Positions 29,442 to 42,199 of a stretch of DNA of 64,000 bases are shown here, one piece after another. Each line of letters starts with the position of its first letter. Position 1 is the stretch's first letter. Source of the DNA: Octopus vulgaris (lineage: Eukaryota). The notes beneath the pieces were generated by a model. The model ran no database searches and was not told the origin of the DNA. It was given only the letters and a program-made list of their open reading frames with translations. The stretch spans positions 79,794,001-79,858,000 of the forward strand of contig OX597815.1 of the NCBI GenBank assembly GCA_951406725.2, read 5' to 3'. The translations under genes were made by a program, and so were the position numbers.

Positions 29442-29661
29442 ATTCGGCTCCATGCGGCTTAAATTTTCGCAGTCTTGAACAAGCTAGGTTTCCGTAAAAA
29501 GCCATCGAAATTTTAAGCACCTTGGAGCCGAGTCAAACAGTTTCAAATAATAATAATATATGTAACTCTTACTAAATGTAAGGCGTGCCTTTTGCTTTCG
29601 ATTGTCCACTCACTCCTAGGTACACACACACACACACACACATACACACACGTACACACAT

Positions 29662-29698
<37 letters not shown>

Positions 29699-29813
29699 CA
29701 ATAAATTTAGGGTGAATACTTGATAAGTGTAAGCACCTGTATACGCCAGCTAGTAGCAGAGGTGAGAGGGTATATGCATTAAATGAAATCAAAAACAGAA
29801 CACAAAGGATGTC

Positions 29814-29905
29814 GCGGTACACGTGTTTCAAGCTTTATAAAACGTCCTATTCTTACATCATTGTATAATCGACATAAAGGATGGTTTAAAGCTCTCTTCA
29901 GCCGC
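29814..29905 (-). ncRNA. Type I hammerhead ribozyme motif
   Basis: GCGG-CTGAAGA-GAGCTTTA(49 nt)TAAAGCTT-GAAAC-ACGT-GTA-CCGC: intact core and all three stems pair. Confidence 0.82.
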
Positions 29906-30268
29906 ATGCAATTGTTATACCAAAGATTTACATCACATTATGAACAATCCGAAAGGTACATTTGGTATTACCTATAATGATAGGTTTATCGAGACTCACT
30001 GAGAAAGTATGTTTGTAAATCTTCATAACCAAATAGGTGTGTAGGTTATTATTGCGACTTCGAAAATCCGTCCATATTGTATCTGACTGGTGATACAGTA
30101 TGGACGGATTTTCGAAGTCCAATGATACCCTACACACCTATTTGGTTATGAAGATTTACAAACATACTTTCTCAGTGAGTCTCGATAAACCTATCATTAT
30201 GGGTAATACCAAATGTACCTTTCGGATTGTTCATAATATGATGTACATCTTTGGTATAACAATTGCAT

Positions 30269-30360
30269 GCGGCTGAAGAGAGCTTTAAACCATCCTTTAT
30301 GTCGATTATACAATGATGTAAGAATAGGTCGTTTTATAAAGATTGAAACACGTGTACTGC
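30269..30360 (+). ncRNA. Type I hammerhead ribozyme motif (mirror copy)
   Basis: GCGG-CTGAAGA-GAGCTTTA...TAAAGATT-GAAAC-ACGT-GTA-CTGC: one stem II mismatch and one G.U pair in stem I. Confidence 0.75.
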
Positions 30361-30395
30361 GACATCCTCTGTGTTCTGTTTTTGATTTCATTTGA

Positions 30396-30439
<44 letters not shown>

Positions 30440-30630
30440 GAAATTAAATCTGAAATGCTGACGTAGGTGGCCGAGTTACTTTTGTGTTTTTCAAAATGGC
30501 TAAGACTACTCACAGGCTTATAGATACATACATACATACATGCATACATACATACATACATACATACATACATACATACATACATACATACATACATACA
30601 TACATACATACATACATACATGCATACATA

Positions 30631-31398
30631 GAAGAAGGGGAATATTCCTTATGTTGTATGTCTTGTAATCTGTTCTTTCGTTGTTTGAAAAAAAGTTCGT
30701 TTCCATGTTTTTGTTTTCATGTTTTCGTTTCTCATTGTGTTCAACGTTTTTTGTTCTGTACCCATATATGTACCCATATATGCATGTATATATACATATA
30801 GATGTAGGTATGTACATATATGTATGTATATATGCATATATTTATATATTATTTATATTATTATATGATCGAAAGTCACGCATCTTTTTCCAAGTAAGTT
30901 TTTATCTTAATAATTATGAAGCGCACTCTTCTATCTATCTCTCTCCCTCTCTTGTTCTTTATCCTTTCTGTTTTTCTCTCCTACTCTTCCCCATTCTTCT
31001 CCTCTCCCCTTCACTGTTCCCTTTCTCTTACTCCTCCTCCTCCTAGTTACCACTTTTACTCCTCCACAAAAAATCCCAAATTTTATTTAATTTTCTTTGC
31101 GGGAAGGACTGTTTCAACGGAGTCGCGTCTTGTCCTTACCTTCGAAACGCGGAGTAGACGAAACGGGGACAACTGAAGAAGGGGAATATTCCTTGTGTTC
31201 TATGTCTTGTTCTCTGTTCTTTCGTTGTTTGAAAAATAGTTCGTTTCCATGTTTTTGTTTTTATGTTTTCGTTCCTCATTGTGTTCAACGTTATTTTGAT
31301 GTCCTGTACCCGTATATGCATGTATATATACATATAGATGTAAGTATGTACATATATGTATGTATATATGCATATATTTATATATTATTTATATTATT
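30631..31398. repeat. Partial tandem (~1.4 copies) of a ~544-bp unit, pLTR-like
   Basis: gaagaaggggaatattcctt starts at both 30631 and 31175, giving a direct repeat of ~225 bp. Further copies at 8724 and 21975. Confidence 0.8.
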
Positions 31399-32705
31399 AC
31401 ATAATACATATATACATAATATTTAAAGTTATCTCGATAGATATTTTAGAGTTCAGAGCCAGCACTATAGGCCATAACATTTCGGAAATAAATATGTCTA
31501 TATAAATAATGAGATCGACGACAGAAAATATGTAATGAGTTCATATATGCATATTTCAACGAATATTTTCCTTTCATCAGCATTTCATTTAATCCATTAA
31601 CTATCTACAATGACATTGTCACTTGGTTTAGTGGTGTAATATAGTTGGAAAGATCTATTTGCACGTTAAACACATTCCTGGCAAGATGTTGTCAAGGCAA
31701 CAGTATTTCCAATATTTTAAGATTCTTAAGTTTAATATCATATTTCAATTTATTTTAACATTAAATTATCTTTTATATTTCATCTTCTACCTTTAAGTGT
31801 TTAGATTTTTAATATATAAAAGCTTTTATTTTTTATTAGTATTTCTTTAATATTGCATGTAAATGAATTTTTATTCTTAAATCTTTAACATAAATTAAAA
31901 CTTTTAAAATTTTCATTTCAATTGTTTTACTTTTTACATTTTATTTTTATATTTTAATATTTCATATCAATTTTTAATATTTATTTGTGATTTTAATTCT
32001 ATTTTTAATTCTATTCACAATTTAAAAAGTTTTTACTTTTTCAATTTCTATATTTTAATTTCAGTTTTAATTTTACATATTTTTTCACGTTTTAGTTATG
32101 GAAGTTTTCAATACCTTTTTACATTTAATTCTCAATTTCCATTTTTTAATTTCAATATTAACTTTAAATGTTAATTCTTTAACTTTAATGCTTTTCGAAG
32201 ATTTTTATAAGTAATTTTATTTAATTATTAGTTTCCAAGGTTTATAATACTAATTTAACCTTAATATCCTATCTTTTTTCAATTTATTTCTAAGAAGTTG
32301 TTCGATCTATTCTTAATTGTTTAATATATTTATTTTGTTACTATTGTATTTTTATATTTTTGTATATTTTTTGTTACTTTATATTTATATATATATACAT
32401 TATTTTAACCAACGCATAATGATATTTTTGCCAAGATTTTGCAATTAAGTCTGAAAAAATTGTTTCCCTTGAATAATCTAATGACCAGGGGGAAATTTTT
32501 TCTGCTCACCGGTGTTGCCTGTTTTTGTGTTTGTGCTTTTGTAATCAATATTGCCACTCGCAACCGGTCTGGCAATGTGCAACGATCATCGAATTGTTGA
32601 CACAGAAAGCTAAAATCCTAAATATAAGTCTCTATACCTGTATCATTTAGTAAATATAGTCTTCTACTTCTACCGTAGTGTGTCGATACACACACACACA
32701 CACAT

Positions 32706-32736
<31 letters not shown>

Positions 32737-32737
<1 letters not shown>

Positions 32738-33342
32738 TAGCATGGTGCATAACTATTGCAGCATTTTTCAATAAATTTTATTCAACACAAACAATAACAG
32801 CATTTAACAAAAACATCTTTAAATGATTATTCCGGAGCATATTCCCCATCTACTTCAATTTCTTATTTCTTTATTGCCCACAAGGAGCTAAACATAGAGG
32901 GGACAAACAAGAACAACCAAAGGGATTAAGTCGATTACATCGACCCCAGTGCGTAGGGATGAAAGGTAAAGTCGACCTCGGCGGAATTTGAATTCAGAAC
33001 GTAACGGCAGACGAAATACCTATTTCTTTACTACCCACAAGGGACAAAGCACAGACAGGACAAACAAGGACAGACAAACGGATTAAGTCGATTAAGTACT
33101 AGTGCGTGACTGGTACTTATTTAATCGACCCCGAAAGGATGAAAGGCAAAGTCGAACTCGGCGGAATTTGAACTCAGAACGTAGCGGCAGATGAAATACT
33201 GCTAAGCATTTCGCCCGGCGTGCTAACGTTTCGGCCAGCTCGTCGCCTTAATCTACTACTTCTATTACTGCTTGGTGTTTTGTTTAAATGTTTTGTTGAA
33301 TAAAATTTCTTGAAAAAAAGGCCGCAATAATTATGCACCAAC

Positions 33343-33346
<4 letters not shown>
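32737..33346. mobile_element. Tc1/mariner-type MITE interrupted by a SINE
   Basis: TIRs ttagcatggtgcataactattgcagc / gccgcaataattatgcaccaacataa, each flanked by TA. Confidence 0.8.
32859..33250 (-). mobile_element. SINE family B, dimeric copy nested in the MITE
   Basis: Reverse complement of the 7375-7746 dimer; atctact occurs on both flanks (possible TSD). Confidence 0.85.
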
Positions 33347-33411
<65 letters not shown>

Positions 33412-33622
33412 CAATGATAAATATCAAAGTGAGTTATATACAGTAGCGGTAACACATCGTGACGTATATTTGCCATCTCAATATGGCTACCCCTAAGGGT
33501 GGATGCTACTGTAGTTTTTAGCCCCAGGAGGACACACTCCTCCAGCTGGCCATAGACACACTTTCTGTGTCCTGTCAGTATTTGCAAAGGGAAGTCATCC
33601 TTCCCGTCTTCAACTTATGATA

Positions 33623-33667
33623 CACACGGACTCGAGTTTCGAGGTATTGACCTCTCGTCAGCGTGTG
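33623..33667 (-). ncRNA. Canonical minimal type I hammerhead ribozyme
   Basis: CACACG-CTGACGA-GAGGT CAAT ACCTC-GAAAC-TCGA-GTC-CGTGTG: every core nucleotide and stem is intact, GUC cleavage site, palindromic stem III loop. Confidence 0.92.
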
Positions 33668-33975
33668 ACAATCATAGTTGTCGGCGAGAATTAGATTTCC
33701 TTCACATATACTTATACTTTTTCCAGCGTCCACTGTCGCTGATATTGAAAAAGTGAAATCAAACAATGATAAATATCAAAGTGAGTTATATACAGTAGCG
33801 GTAACACATCGTGACGTATATTTGCCATCTCAATATGGCTACCCCTACTGTATATAACTCACTTTGATATTTATCATTGTTTGATTTCACTTTTTCAATA
33901 TCAGCGACAGTGGACGCTGGAAAAAGTATAAGTATATGTGAAGGAAATCTAATTCTCGCCGACAACTATGATTGT

Positions 33976-34020
33976 CACACGCTGACGAGAGGTCAATACC
34001 TCGAAACTCGAGTCCGTGTG
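33976..34020 (+). ncRNA. Canonical minimal type I hammerhead ribozyme (mirror copy)
   Basis: The identical 45-nt motif on the plus strand. Confidence 0.92.
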
Positions 34021-34179
34021 TATCATAAGTTGAAGACGGGAAGGATGACTTCCCTTTGCAAATACTGACAGGACACAGAAAGTGTGTCTATGGCCAGCTG
34101 GAGGAGTGTGTCCTCCTGGGGCTAAAACTACAGTAGCATCCACCCTTAGGGCTAGCCATATTGAGATGGCAAATATACG

Positions 34180-34230
<51 letters not shown>

Positions 34231-34259
34231 GAGTTAAGGAATGGAACAGATGATATGAG

Positions 34260-34343
34260 GGCTACATATGTTTCATAGCGAGCGGAACCGTGAAAGTGGT
34301 AAATACCCAAGCAAGATGTATTCCGCAGGCTACTCTTCAGGCC
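34260..34343 (-). ncRNA. Type I hammerhead ribozyme motif in a pLTR-like segment (about 34226-34800)
   Basis: GGC-CTGAAGA-GTAGC(49 nt)GCTAT-GAAAC-ATAT-GTA-GCC. A related truncated half lies at about 19885-19915. Confidence 0.75.
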
Positions 34344-34861
34344 AAAGGTATCTTGGTTATATGAAGTTTACTTTGTCGTAAGGATCTTTCTGATCGAATC
34401 CTCCGTGTGTTAATATGTGCAGTCCGCATATTATCTACTCCTTAACTCTTGGATTTTTATTCACATACCTGGCAACCCAGGCTGCCAACCACGAAGTATA
34501 AAATAAATTTTTTCAGCTTATCGCACTTCGATAAGTTCATAACCTTCCGCACCAATAAACCACTATTATTCTTGAAAGTTATTTTTTAATATTTTCTACG
34601 GATTGCTTGAAGCTGACTTTCTTCCTACATTTGATCCTTGGGCCTTACATCTCTCTCTCTCTCTCTCGACACCTTTTGGTCACAAGGACACCATTATCTC
34701 TTATAACCTCAATTTCTCGCTACTATAAGCACTTATGCCAGGTAAAGCTTCAGTAATGGATAAACAATTCTTTGGCATCTCTCTTAAGGACAGCCTTAAG
34801 AGACAGGTAGTGTAGACAACAAACAGATGTATTAGTATAACGCTCGGGAAGTGAAAATAGT

Positions 34862-34897
34862 CTTTAACGTTTCGAGTCTACGCTCTTCCACAGAAAG
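34862..34897 (-). ncRNA. Minimal hammerhead motif, A6U variant (second copy of the 6505 family)
   Basis: CTTT-CTGTGGA-A-GAGC GTAG ACTC-GAAAC-GTT-AAAG. Confidence 0.6.
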
Positions 34898-34975
34898 GAA
34901 CACAGAGAGAAACAAGGAGAGAAAATAATGTGTAGTGGCTAGCGATGTATCATGGCGAAGTTCATTTATATATAC

Positions 34976-35019
<44 letters not shown>

Positions 35020-35113
35020 ATGAACGTACGGTCGTCTCAAAATCTTATACTCACATGAATATATGTATATTCTTTTTAACTGCATGTATCCCCCTAACTT
35101 TAATGAGTGTCTG

Positions 35114-35175
<62 letters not shown>

Positions 35176-35176
35176 A

Positions 35177-35335
<159 letters not shown>

Positions 35336-35652
35336 AAATTATATATGTGCATGTCTGTGTATATGTTTTACTGATTCATTCATTAAGTATATAAGCCTAA
35401 TAGTATATTCCCCACAGAGGGATTAATTTTATTGTTGATTTTTTCCCCCTGCCAACAATAATGACCAAATATAATCATCTAATTATACAATTTTATGACT
35501 TTTCAAGCTAATAGATTTTTTTTCTTGAGTTGTGCTTGTATTATAGTTTGAAAATAGACCTTGTTATCTTTTGCTTTAATGGATTATTATTTTTATGTTT
35601 TTCTATTATCGTTTAGTTGTGTAATAATATTTCATCATCATCATCATTATCA

Positions 35653-35694
<42 letters not shown>

Positions 35695-35728
35695 TTTTAT
35701 TGATGTTGTTGTTGTTATAATTATTTTA

Positions 35729-35786
<58 letters not shown>

Positions 35787-36626
35787 TATAACCCTAATAA
35801 TATAATAATAATAGCAATGATAATAGTTTAATAATACTTTTATTATTATATGATTATTATTATCGTTGTTGCTATTTTCATTATAGTCATCCTCCTCTTT
35901 CATCTCCTCCTCATCTTCCTTATCATTTACGTAGTCATCATCACTATCATCATCATCGTCATCGTGATCTTCGTCATTATCATCATCATCATCGTCATCG
36001 CGATCCTCCTCCTCCTCCTCCTCCGCCTCATCATCATCATGATCATCATCATCGTCATCGTCAACATCGTCAGCGTCATCATCATCTTGCGGTTTATGAT
36101 TTATGAATGTTCAGTATTTCGAGTTTTTGTTGCTCTTCAAAATGTGCAAGCTATGGTCTATGAAGAGATTGCATGATTCATCATTCTGAATAAAGAAAAA
36201 GAAGAACTCAACCAAATGAATTACATGCTTGGATATTTCCTTTTATTATATTTTTGAAAAAAAAAAAAAAAGAAATTTTAGTTTTTCGCTAATGTTTTTC
36301 TTATTTACAACATGGATGTAAACAAGCATGAGGAGTTTTAAAGCTTTATGTTGATATCGAATTAGATTCAGTTCAGTGTTTAAGAGTTGTGTATTTAGTA
36401 TTGTGTGTGTAAGGTCTTTCTTTGTTTGCAATATAATTTTTGTAGGTCGGTTCACCTGCTGTGCACTGGAAGTGAGAATGACTGCGGTCGTAAAAACGTA
36501 AAATCCTTTTATATGGATGTTAGTGCTCTTTTGTGGCTACTAAAGCTACCGCCGCTGCTGTTGGTGCTACTGCTCTTACTGCTGTTGCAATTGGTGCTGC
36601 TGCCACTGGCGGTGATGGTGGTGGTG

Positions 36627-36682
<56 letters not shown>

Positions 36683-36701
36683 GCTGCTGCTGCTACTGCT
36701 G

Positions 36702-36770
<69 letters not shown>

Positions 36771-36899
36771 ATAATAATACTATCGCGATTTACTCCAGTT
36801 ATAATTTTCTGGGTTATATGTCATATGCCGACGCCTTCCCGTAGCTTAGAGACGCCACACTTTTCTAAACATGCGATGTTCCAAATATGGTCGCTATGT

Positions 36900-37345
36900 A
36901 CTTCTAATGACGTCTTGTAGTTCCAACTTCTCATGCCAGGTTTTCTGATGCTCTAATCACAATAGATATCACACTCATTCTCAAGGCTCTATGAATATAC
37001 TCCAATTCAAATGATATTCTTCGGCTTTCCCATTCTTTGTCTTAACAATGTTCTGATCTGCCGGTACTGCAATGTCAACGAAAATCTATTCTTTGGTCTC
37101 TTTTTATTGGAGAGTGTTATCTAGCGTTTTAACTGTGTAGATAGTCATATCCTATGTAAATTTCACTTGATTATTTTGTGCGACTGGCAAGGGTTGGTGT
37201 TCATCCCAATTGTCAGTATACTATAGCCTGCATCTCCAGCACATCTCCCAGCGTGTCCGCTGTTCAACTTTGTCATGGTGTTTTCTTTATTCCTTTTGAA
37301 GCAATTTTGAACTTCTACCAATTACATGTCTGACTGTTTTACAGG
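36900..37345 (-). pseudogene. R4/Dong-like RLE LINE 3' remnant
   Basis: Minus strand reads SKLLQKE*RKHHDKV...WDEHQPLPVAQNNQVKFT*DMTIYT...IFVDIAVPADQNIVKT. Confidence 0.75.
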
Positions 37346-37379
37346 AGTTTCCAAGCAATCTGCTGTCTTATCACTGCTG

Positions 37380-37731
37380 TACTACCATGATAGTGGGGCT
37401 CCAAAGAAAACGTGTAAGGATACTTTGAAGAAATCTTCCGGTACCTGCCACCTTGACAATTGACAGTTATCTGATATATCCTCCAATCGTGAGGCTTGGT
37501 GACACGTCATCCACTAGTCTGTCACTTCCATCGAAAATGCACTCAGGGTAGTCTTTAAGCGCAAAAGAAGATTGAAGAACGTGACACAGCAACACCGAAC
37601 TATGTGCCGAATATTCCTTGCCGTCACAGTGGTCGAGTTTTCCTATTCAGTATCGGCCTAGTCAGCCATCAGTGATCGTGCAGCTCACATCGACAAATTT
37701 CTTCCTGAATACTCGTTCGCAAAACTAAAAG
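37380..37731 (+). pseudogene. RTE-clade LINE 3' end
   Basis: GAPKKTCKDTLKKS...NREAW and the zinc-finger relic CRHSGRVFLFSIGLVSHQ*SC, followed directly by a (GAT)n tail. Confidence 0.75.
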
Positions 37732-37958
<227 letters not shown>

Positions 37959-37983
37959 AACTAGTCGCGTCTCAATAATGAGC

Positions 37984-38200
37984 TTAAATAGTCACTAATT
38001 TTCTGAGTATATGCGTAATGCCAAACCAATTTCCCTTTCGAAGGAAATCAGTTTGTGTTTCGAGATCTACTTGCTCAAGATGTTCTTTCAATTTCTGTGG
38101 CATCGAGCTCAAAGCTCTTATGAAAACTGGAATTATGTTGATTCTATTAGTTGGTGTTAGCCACATTCGTGCATTTCTGATTTCCAAATCATTATAGTAT
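37984..38200 (-). pseudogene. R4/Dong-like LINE extreme C-terminus
   Basis: YNDLEIRNARMW...IIPVFIRALSSMPQKLKEHL...GITHILRKLV resembles the KYxDLxIE..VPVVIGALG..LGTAHILRKVL terminus. Confidence 0.7.
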
Positions 38201-39346
38201 ACAACAATACGATGAGCGCCAAGTGCAGTAACAACACCGCAACAACAAGCTAAATGACTGCTACATCTACAAGTAACCCCTGCAACTACGATCATCACGA
38301 CCATCGTCGCCACCATTAATACTATCAAAAAGCAACGGTACGAAAAATACGGGATCCAAGACAAGAAACTTATCGAGCAGCACGACTTTTGCTACTTCAA
38401 CCAATGTCACCACTTTCTACCGCTCCTATTGTGGCCTACGGATCATCACATCGAAGGTATAAATATCGGCGGTAAGAATAATAACAAGTACAACAATGTA
38501 GTAGAAAAACTGGGTTCTATGCAAGAATATCAAGAATCGTTAAGCCTATGATAAAGGACTAACTAAAGGAAGCCAGAATATTTATTCAAAAAGAAAGCAG
38601 GATAATCACCACGATAATCACAAGAAGTGAAGCAGGACACAATCATATATTCATGCATGGGCTCTCGACGGGAAGAAAGGCCAACGAATTGAAGGAAAAA
38701 AGAAACGTTTGTCACTAACCGCAACCAATAACAAGCGATGGTAATGAGGTTCCTCCCTGTGAGTGAAGATGAGAGTTACTTCACTACTCCACTCGGTAAC
38801 GAAGGTTTTGTTCTTATTTCCTCTGATATAGCCCGAAGTGTGGCAAAAGTGAGGCTGGTAGACATACCATCAGAAATATGCACCATTTGACGAAGTTAGT
38901 ACAAAGAGACTGATACTCGTTTCCTTGAAGCTGGACTTGTTCTCAGTAAGCAAAGTCGACAGCGACCAGATTAGAGAATTAGGCGATAGTTGACTTGAAC
39001 AGTCATCACAAACCAGTGATGCAGTTTTCTTTGCTCGTTGCGCCTTACCTCCTGAACCAATCAACGCATTCAACTTCGCTACTAGTGTTGCCAACCAGAA
39101 GGAGGATTTGGATAAGGGTCGACTCAAAGGAATTAAAAAAATATTGAGTAATTTGCTGAGGGTTATACCGAGAAAAAAGACAACTTAGAAAATTAAATAC
39201 TTCTGTCTCTTAGTATAAATTGCGTAGAGTCCTTTTTCTCCAGTATTTATACAAGATTGTACACTACCACATGTTTTTGTACCGAGTTTTATTTTGTATA
39301 AATGAATTAGTAATGGTGATTATTATTATTATTGCTGTTGTTGTTA

Positions 39347-39796
39347 AGGCGGTGAGCAAGCCGAAACGTTAGCACGCCGGGCGAAATGCTTAGCGGTATT
39401 TCGTCTGCCGTTACGTTGTAAGTTCAAATTCCGCCGAGGTCGACTTTGCCTTTCATCCTTTCGGGGTCGATTAAATATATACCAGTTACGCACTGGGGTC
39501 GATATAATCAACTTAATCCGTTTGTCTGTCCTTGTTTGTCCTCTCTAGTATCCTCCTCCCAAATTTCAAGATTTGTGCCTATAGTAGAAAGGATTATTAT
39601 TATTGTTGTTGTTGTTGTTGAGGCCGTCAGCTCGCAGAATCGTTAGCACGCCGGACAAAATGTTTAGCGGTATTTCACCAGTCGCTACGTTCTGAGTTCA
39701 AATTCCGCCGTGGTCACTTTGCCCTTCACCTTTCGGGTCGATAAATTGAGTACCAGTGAAGTACTAGGGTCGATGTGATCGACTTAACCCTCTCCC

Positions 39797-39859
<63 letters not shown>

Positions 39860-39990
39860 CATTGTTAAGGCTGCGAGCTGGCAGAATGGTTAGCACGCCG
39901 GGGAAAATGCTTAGCGGAATTTCGGCCGTCGCTACGTTCTGAGTTCAAATTTCGCCAAGGCCTTTCATCATTTCGGAGTCGATAAAATGA
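39347..39990 (+). mobile_element. Three consecutive SINE family B copies separated by (TTA/TTG)n
   Basis: Heads at about 39347, 39620 and 39867 (aggc..gagct.gcagaa..gttagcacgccgg). Confidence 0.85.
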
Positions 39991-40285
39991 ATATTATTAT
40001 TATTATTATTGTTGTTGTTGTTGTTGTTGTTAATGGTGGTAGTGGTGCGTAGTTAGTGTTGCAGTTGTTACTGTTATTATTTGCCGTGTATAGCAGTGTT
40101 TCTCAGAGCTGCCGCAAAGATGGATTATACCGCGATTATCCATTAAAAAAAAAACAACAAAATGAAAACGTTTTTTTTCCGTTTATCATTCTGAAATATT
40201 ATCAATTGCTTTCAGATAAATAAAGCATATGTTCCAATTTCTTGGGGTGGAAAAACATCGTTTAATTTAACTGAATATATATATG

Positions 40286-40374
<89 letters not shown>

Positions 40375-40408
40375 TATATGTATATATATGTATATATATA
40401 TACATATA

Positions 40409-40446
<38 letters not shown>

Positions 40447-40824
40447 TACAGACACATGCGCGCACGCACATATATCTGTGCATATGTACATTTATATATC
40501 TGACATCAGTCATTTGCAATATTTACTCGCGTTGCAAGATGACCGTCTTACAAGTTGTGGGAAGAGGCGCTCAGTACGGTGGTTGTAGCAGTAGCCTCAA
40601 TAAAGTAAACAAACACGCCCCTCCAATTATTTTAAGACATGAAAACAGACTTAAAAGGAAAAACAACGTGAAAGTTAAACAAATAGACAGCGCTTCAAGC
40701 ATAAACAATGGAAAATAAAAGTGAATTGTGTTGAAATATTAATTTAAATGGAAGAACTGCATAAACTATACAAGTACCACCACCACCACCACCATCACCA
40801 CCAACTGCAATACCATTTCTTCTT

Positions 40825-41280
40825 GTACAAAGTTTGAGAATCATTTGGAGCTCCTTGATATGAGCCAGTACCAGGAAAGGCAAGAATTTTGGCGAGAATG
40901 TGTCCTCTGCTCTAAAAATGGGTGAGGTTGAAGCTAGTATACATCTGCGCTAAATGGTATACCACCATTTACCCTTGAAAGTGAAGCGATAAGGATTCCA
41001 ATTCGACGCTTCCAGATGCCTTTCCCGTTCGAAGAGAAGGTCATGTAAAACTGAGTAGATGATCTTCAAGATCATATACGAGGAGACAGATGGAGCTGCT
41101 TCTTCTTAAACAAGCTCACAGAGTGGAGTCTCAGTGCATGAAAAAAAATAAAAAATAAAGAAGTGATATATGTACTGGCGCTGGTCCTGCTTGACAACTT
41201 TGCAGCACAGTAAGGGCAGGTTGGTAACGTTGAGAAAATCGGTAACATGTGCATGTTACTGATCATCAGCACTGCAGTAC
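40825..41280 (-). pseudogene. Possible heavily decayed Gypsy reverse transcriptase fragment
   Basis: Scattered motifs in the expected order (HVTDF, CKVVKQD, DLEDHL, LFER, IKELQMIL) across frameshifts. No intact YxDD seen. Confidence 0.35.
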
Positions 41281-42199
41281 TACAAGGTCTGCAGTGTACT
41301 ACATGAATGACAACAGTGATTAAGACAATTTGTTTCGTTCATATTCCACTTGCTCGCTATTTCAATCTTCAAATTCTTATATTTGGATAGTTTCCCCGAC
41401 AGATTTCCTGAAATGTCACTGATATACGGCAAATTACAGAAATTAATGAATTAATGTTACATAATCTGAATAGTTTGTTTTTATAATGATGTCCAATCCA
41501 TTCACTTTTATTTCAGTTCATGCTTGTACATGCATATCCCCCAAAATTAAACAACTTTTGTTCTTTGGCTGAGTAACATACTAAGAGTTGCTCACTAACA
41601 TGGTTAAAGTGGTTCAGTAACATGGTTAAAGAATGGCTTAAAAATTGCCTACAGTACTAGAAAGTGCATCTCAATATTCCAGGTGTACGCACAGCATTTT
41701 ATTTTGGAAGTGTAGACCTGTGCTGTCCTCCGTTTTATTTTGTTATATTTTTACTGCTGTTTTTGATGTTATTTTAGTGTTTTCTCTGTCGATGTTTGAA
41801 TCTGAATGGGATTAATTTGTTGGGTGGTGTTAAAGTTTCGTATGTTTTGTGTGATTTGTACTCTGTTTTAATGCCAAGTTCTGGTTGTTCTAAAGCATTG
41901 TTTTTTAAAACTTTCTGAATCCTTCGCAACCCATTTTTACTTGACAAATATTACTGTGACTCCCTATCAATGTTTTATAATTCAAAAGTAATGCAGGATG
42001 TAACCCGTGTGTGGATTACATTAAAAAATGTTAATAACAAAGTGAATCTCAGAAAATATTAAACAAGATGCATTCGCAGTAAGGTCACATAAAACATAAC
42101 TTATAGTTAACCATACACATACTATCTGAATATCTTCATCGAATTTGATGTACTTGTTTGTGTCTTCAAAATACATTAAATTGTGGTTTAATATACGTC

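Larger units (their letters stand above)
29771..30404. mobile_element. Fold-back unit (~310-bp arms, 8-nt loop) with one HHR per arm
   Basis: 29771-30083 is a near-perfect reverse complement of 30092-30404; the right end runs into (TA)n. Confidence 0.9.
33411..34183. mobile_element. HHR-bearing 352-bp unit: 1.24-mer direct repeat plus inverted arm, inserted in (TA)n
   Basis: 33411-33495 = 33763-33847 (period 352). 33845-34183 is a near-identical reverse complement of 33459-33798. (TA)n on both sides. Confidence 0.9.

Noticed and set aside
33575-34068. Two identical 63-aa ORFs on opposite strands (33575-33766 and 33877-34068)
   Set aside because: They result from the inverted duplication, start at a non-ATG codon and have no recognisable motif. 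The functional signal there is the ribozyme.
38800-39130. Gypsy gag-like remnant (P.DE..KRLI, ELGD)
   Set aside because: The similarity is too fragmentary to call without a profile search.
39347-39990. CRISPR-like repeat-spacer array
   Set aside because: The repeats are long diverged SINE copies separated by microsatellites, in a eukaryotic context with no cas genes.
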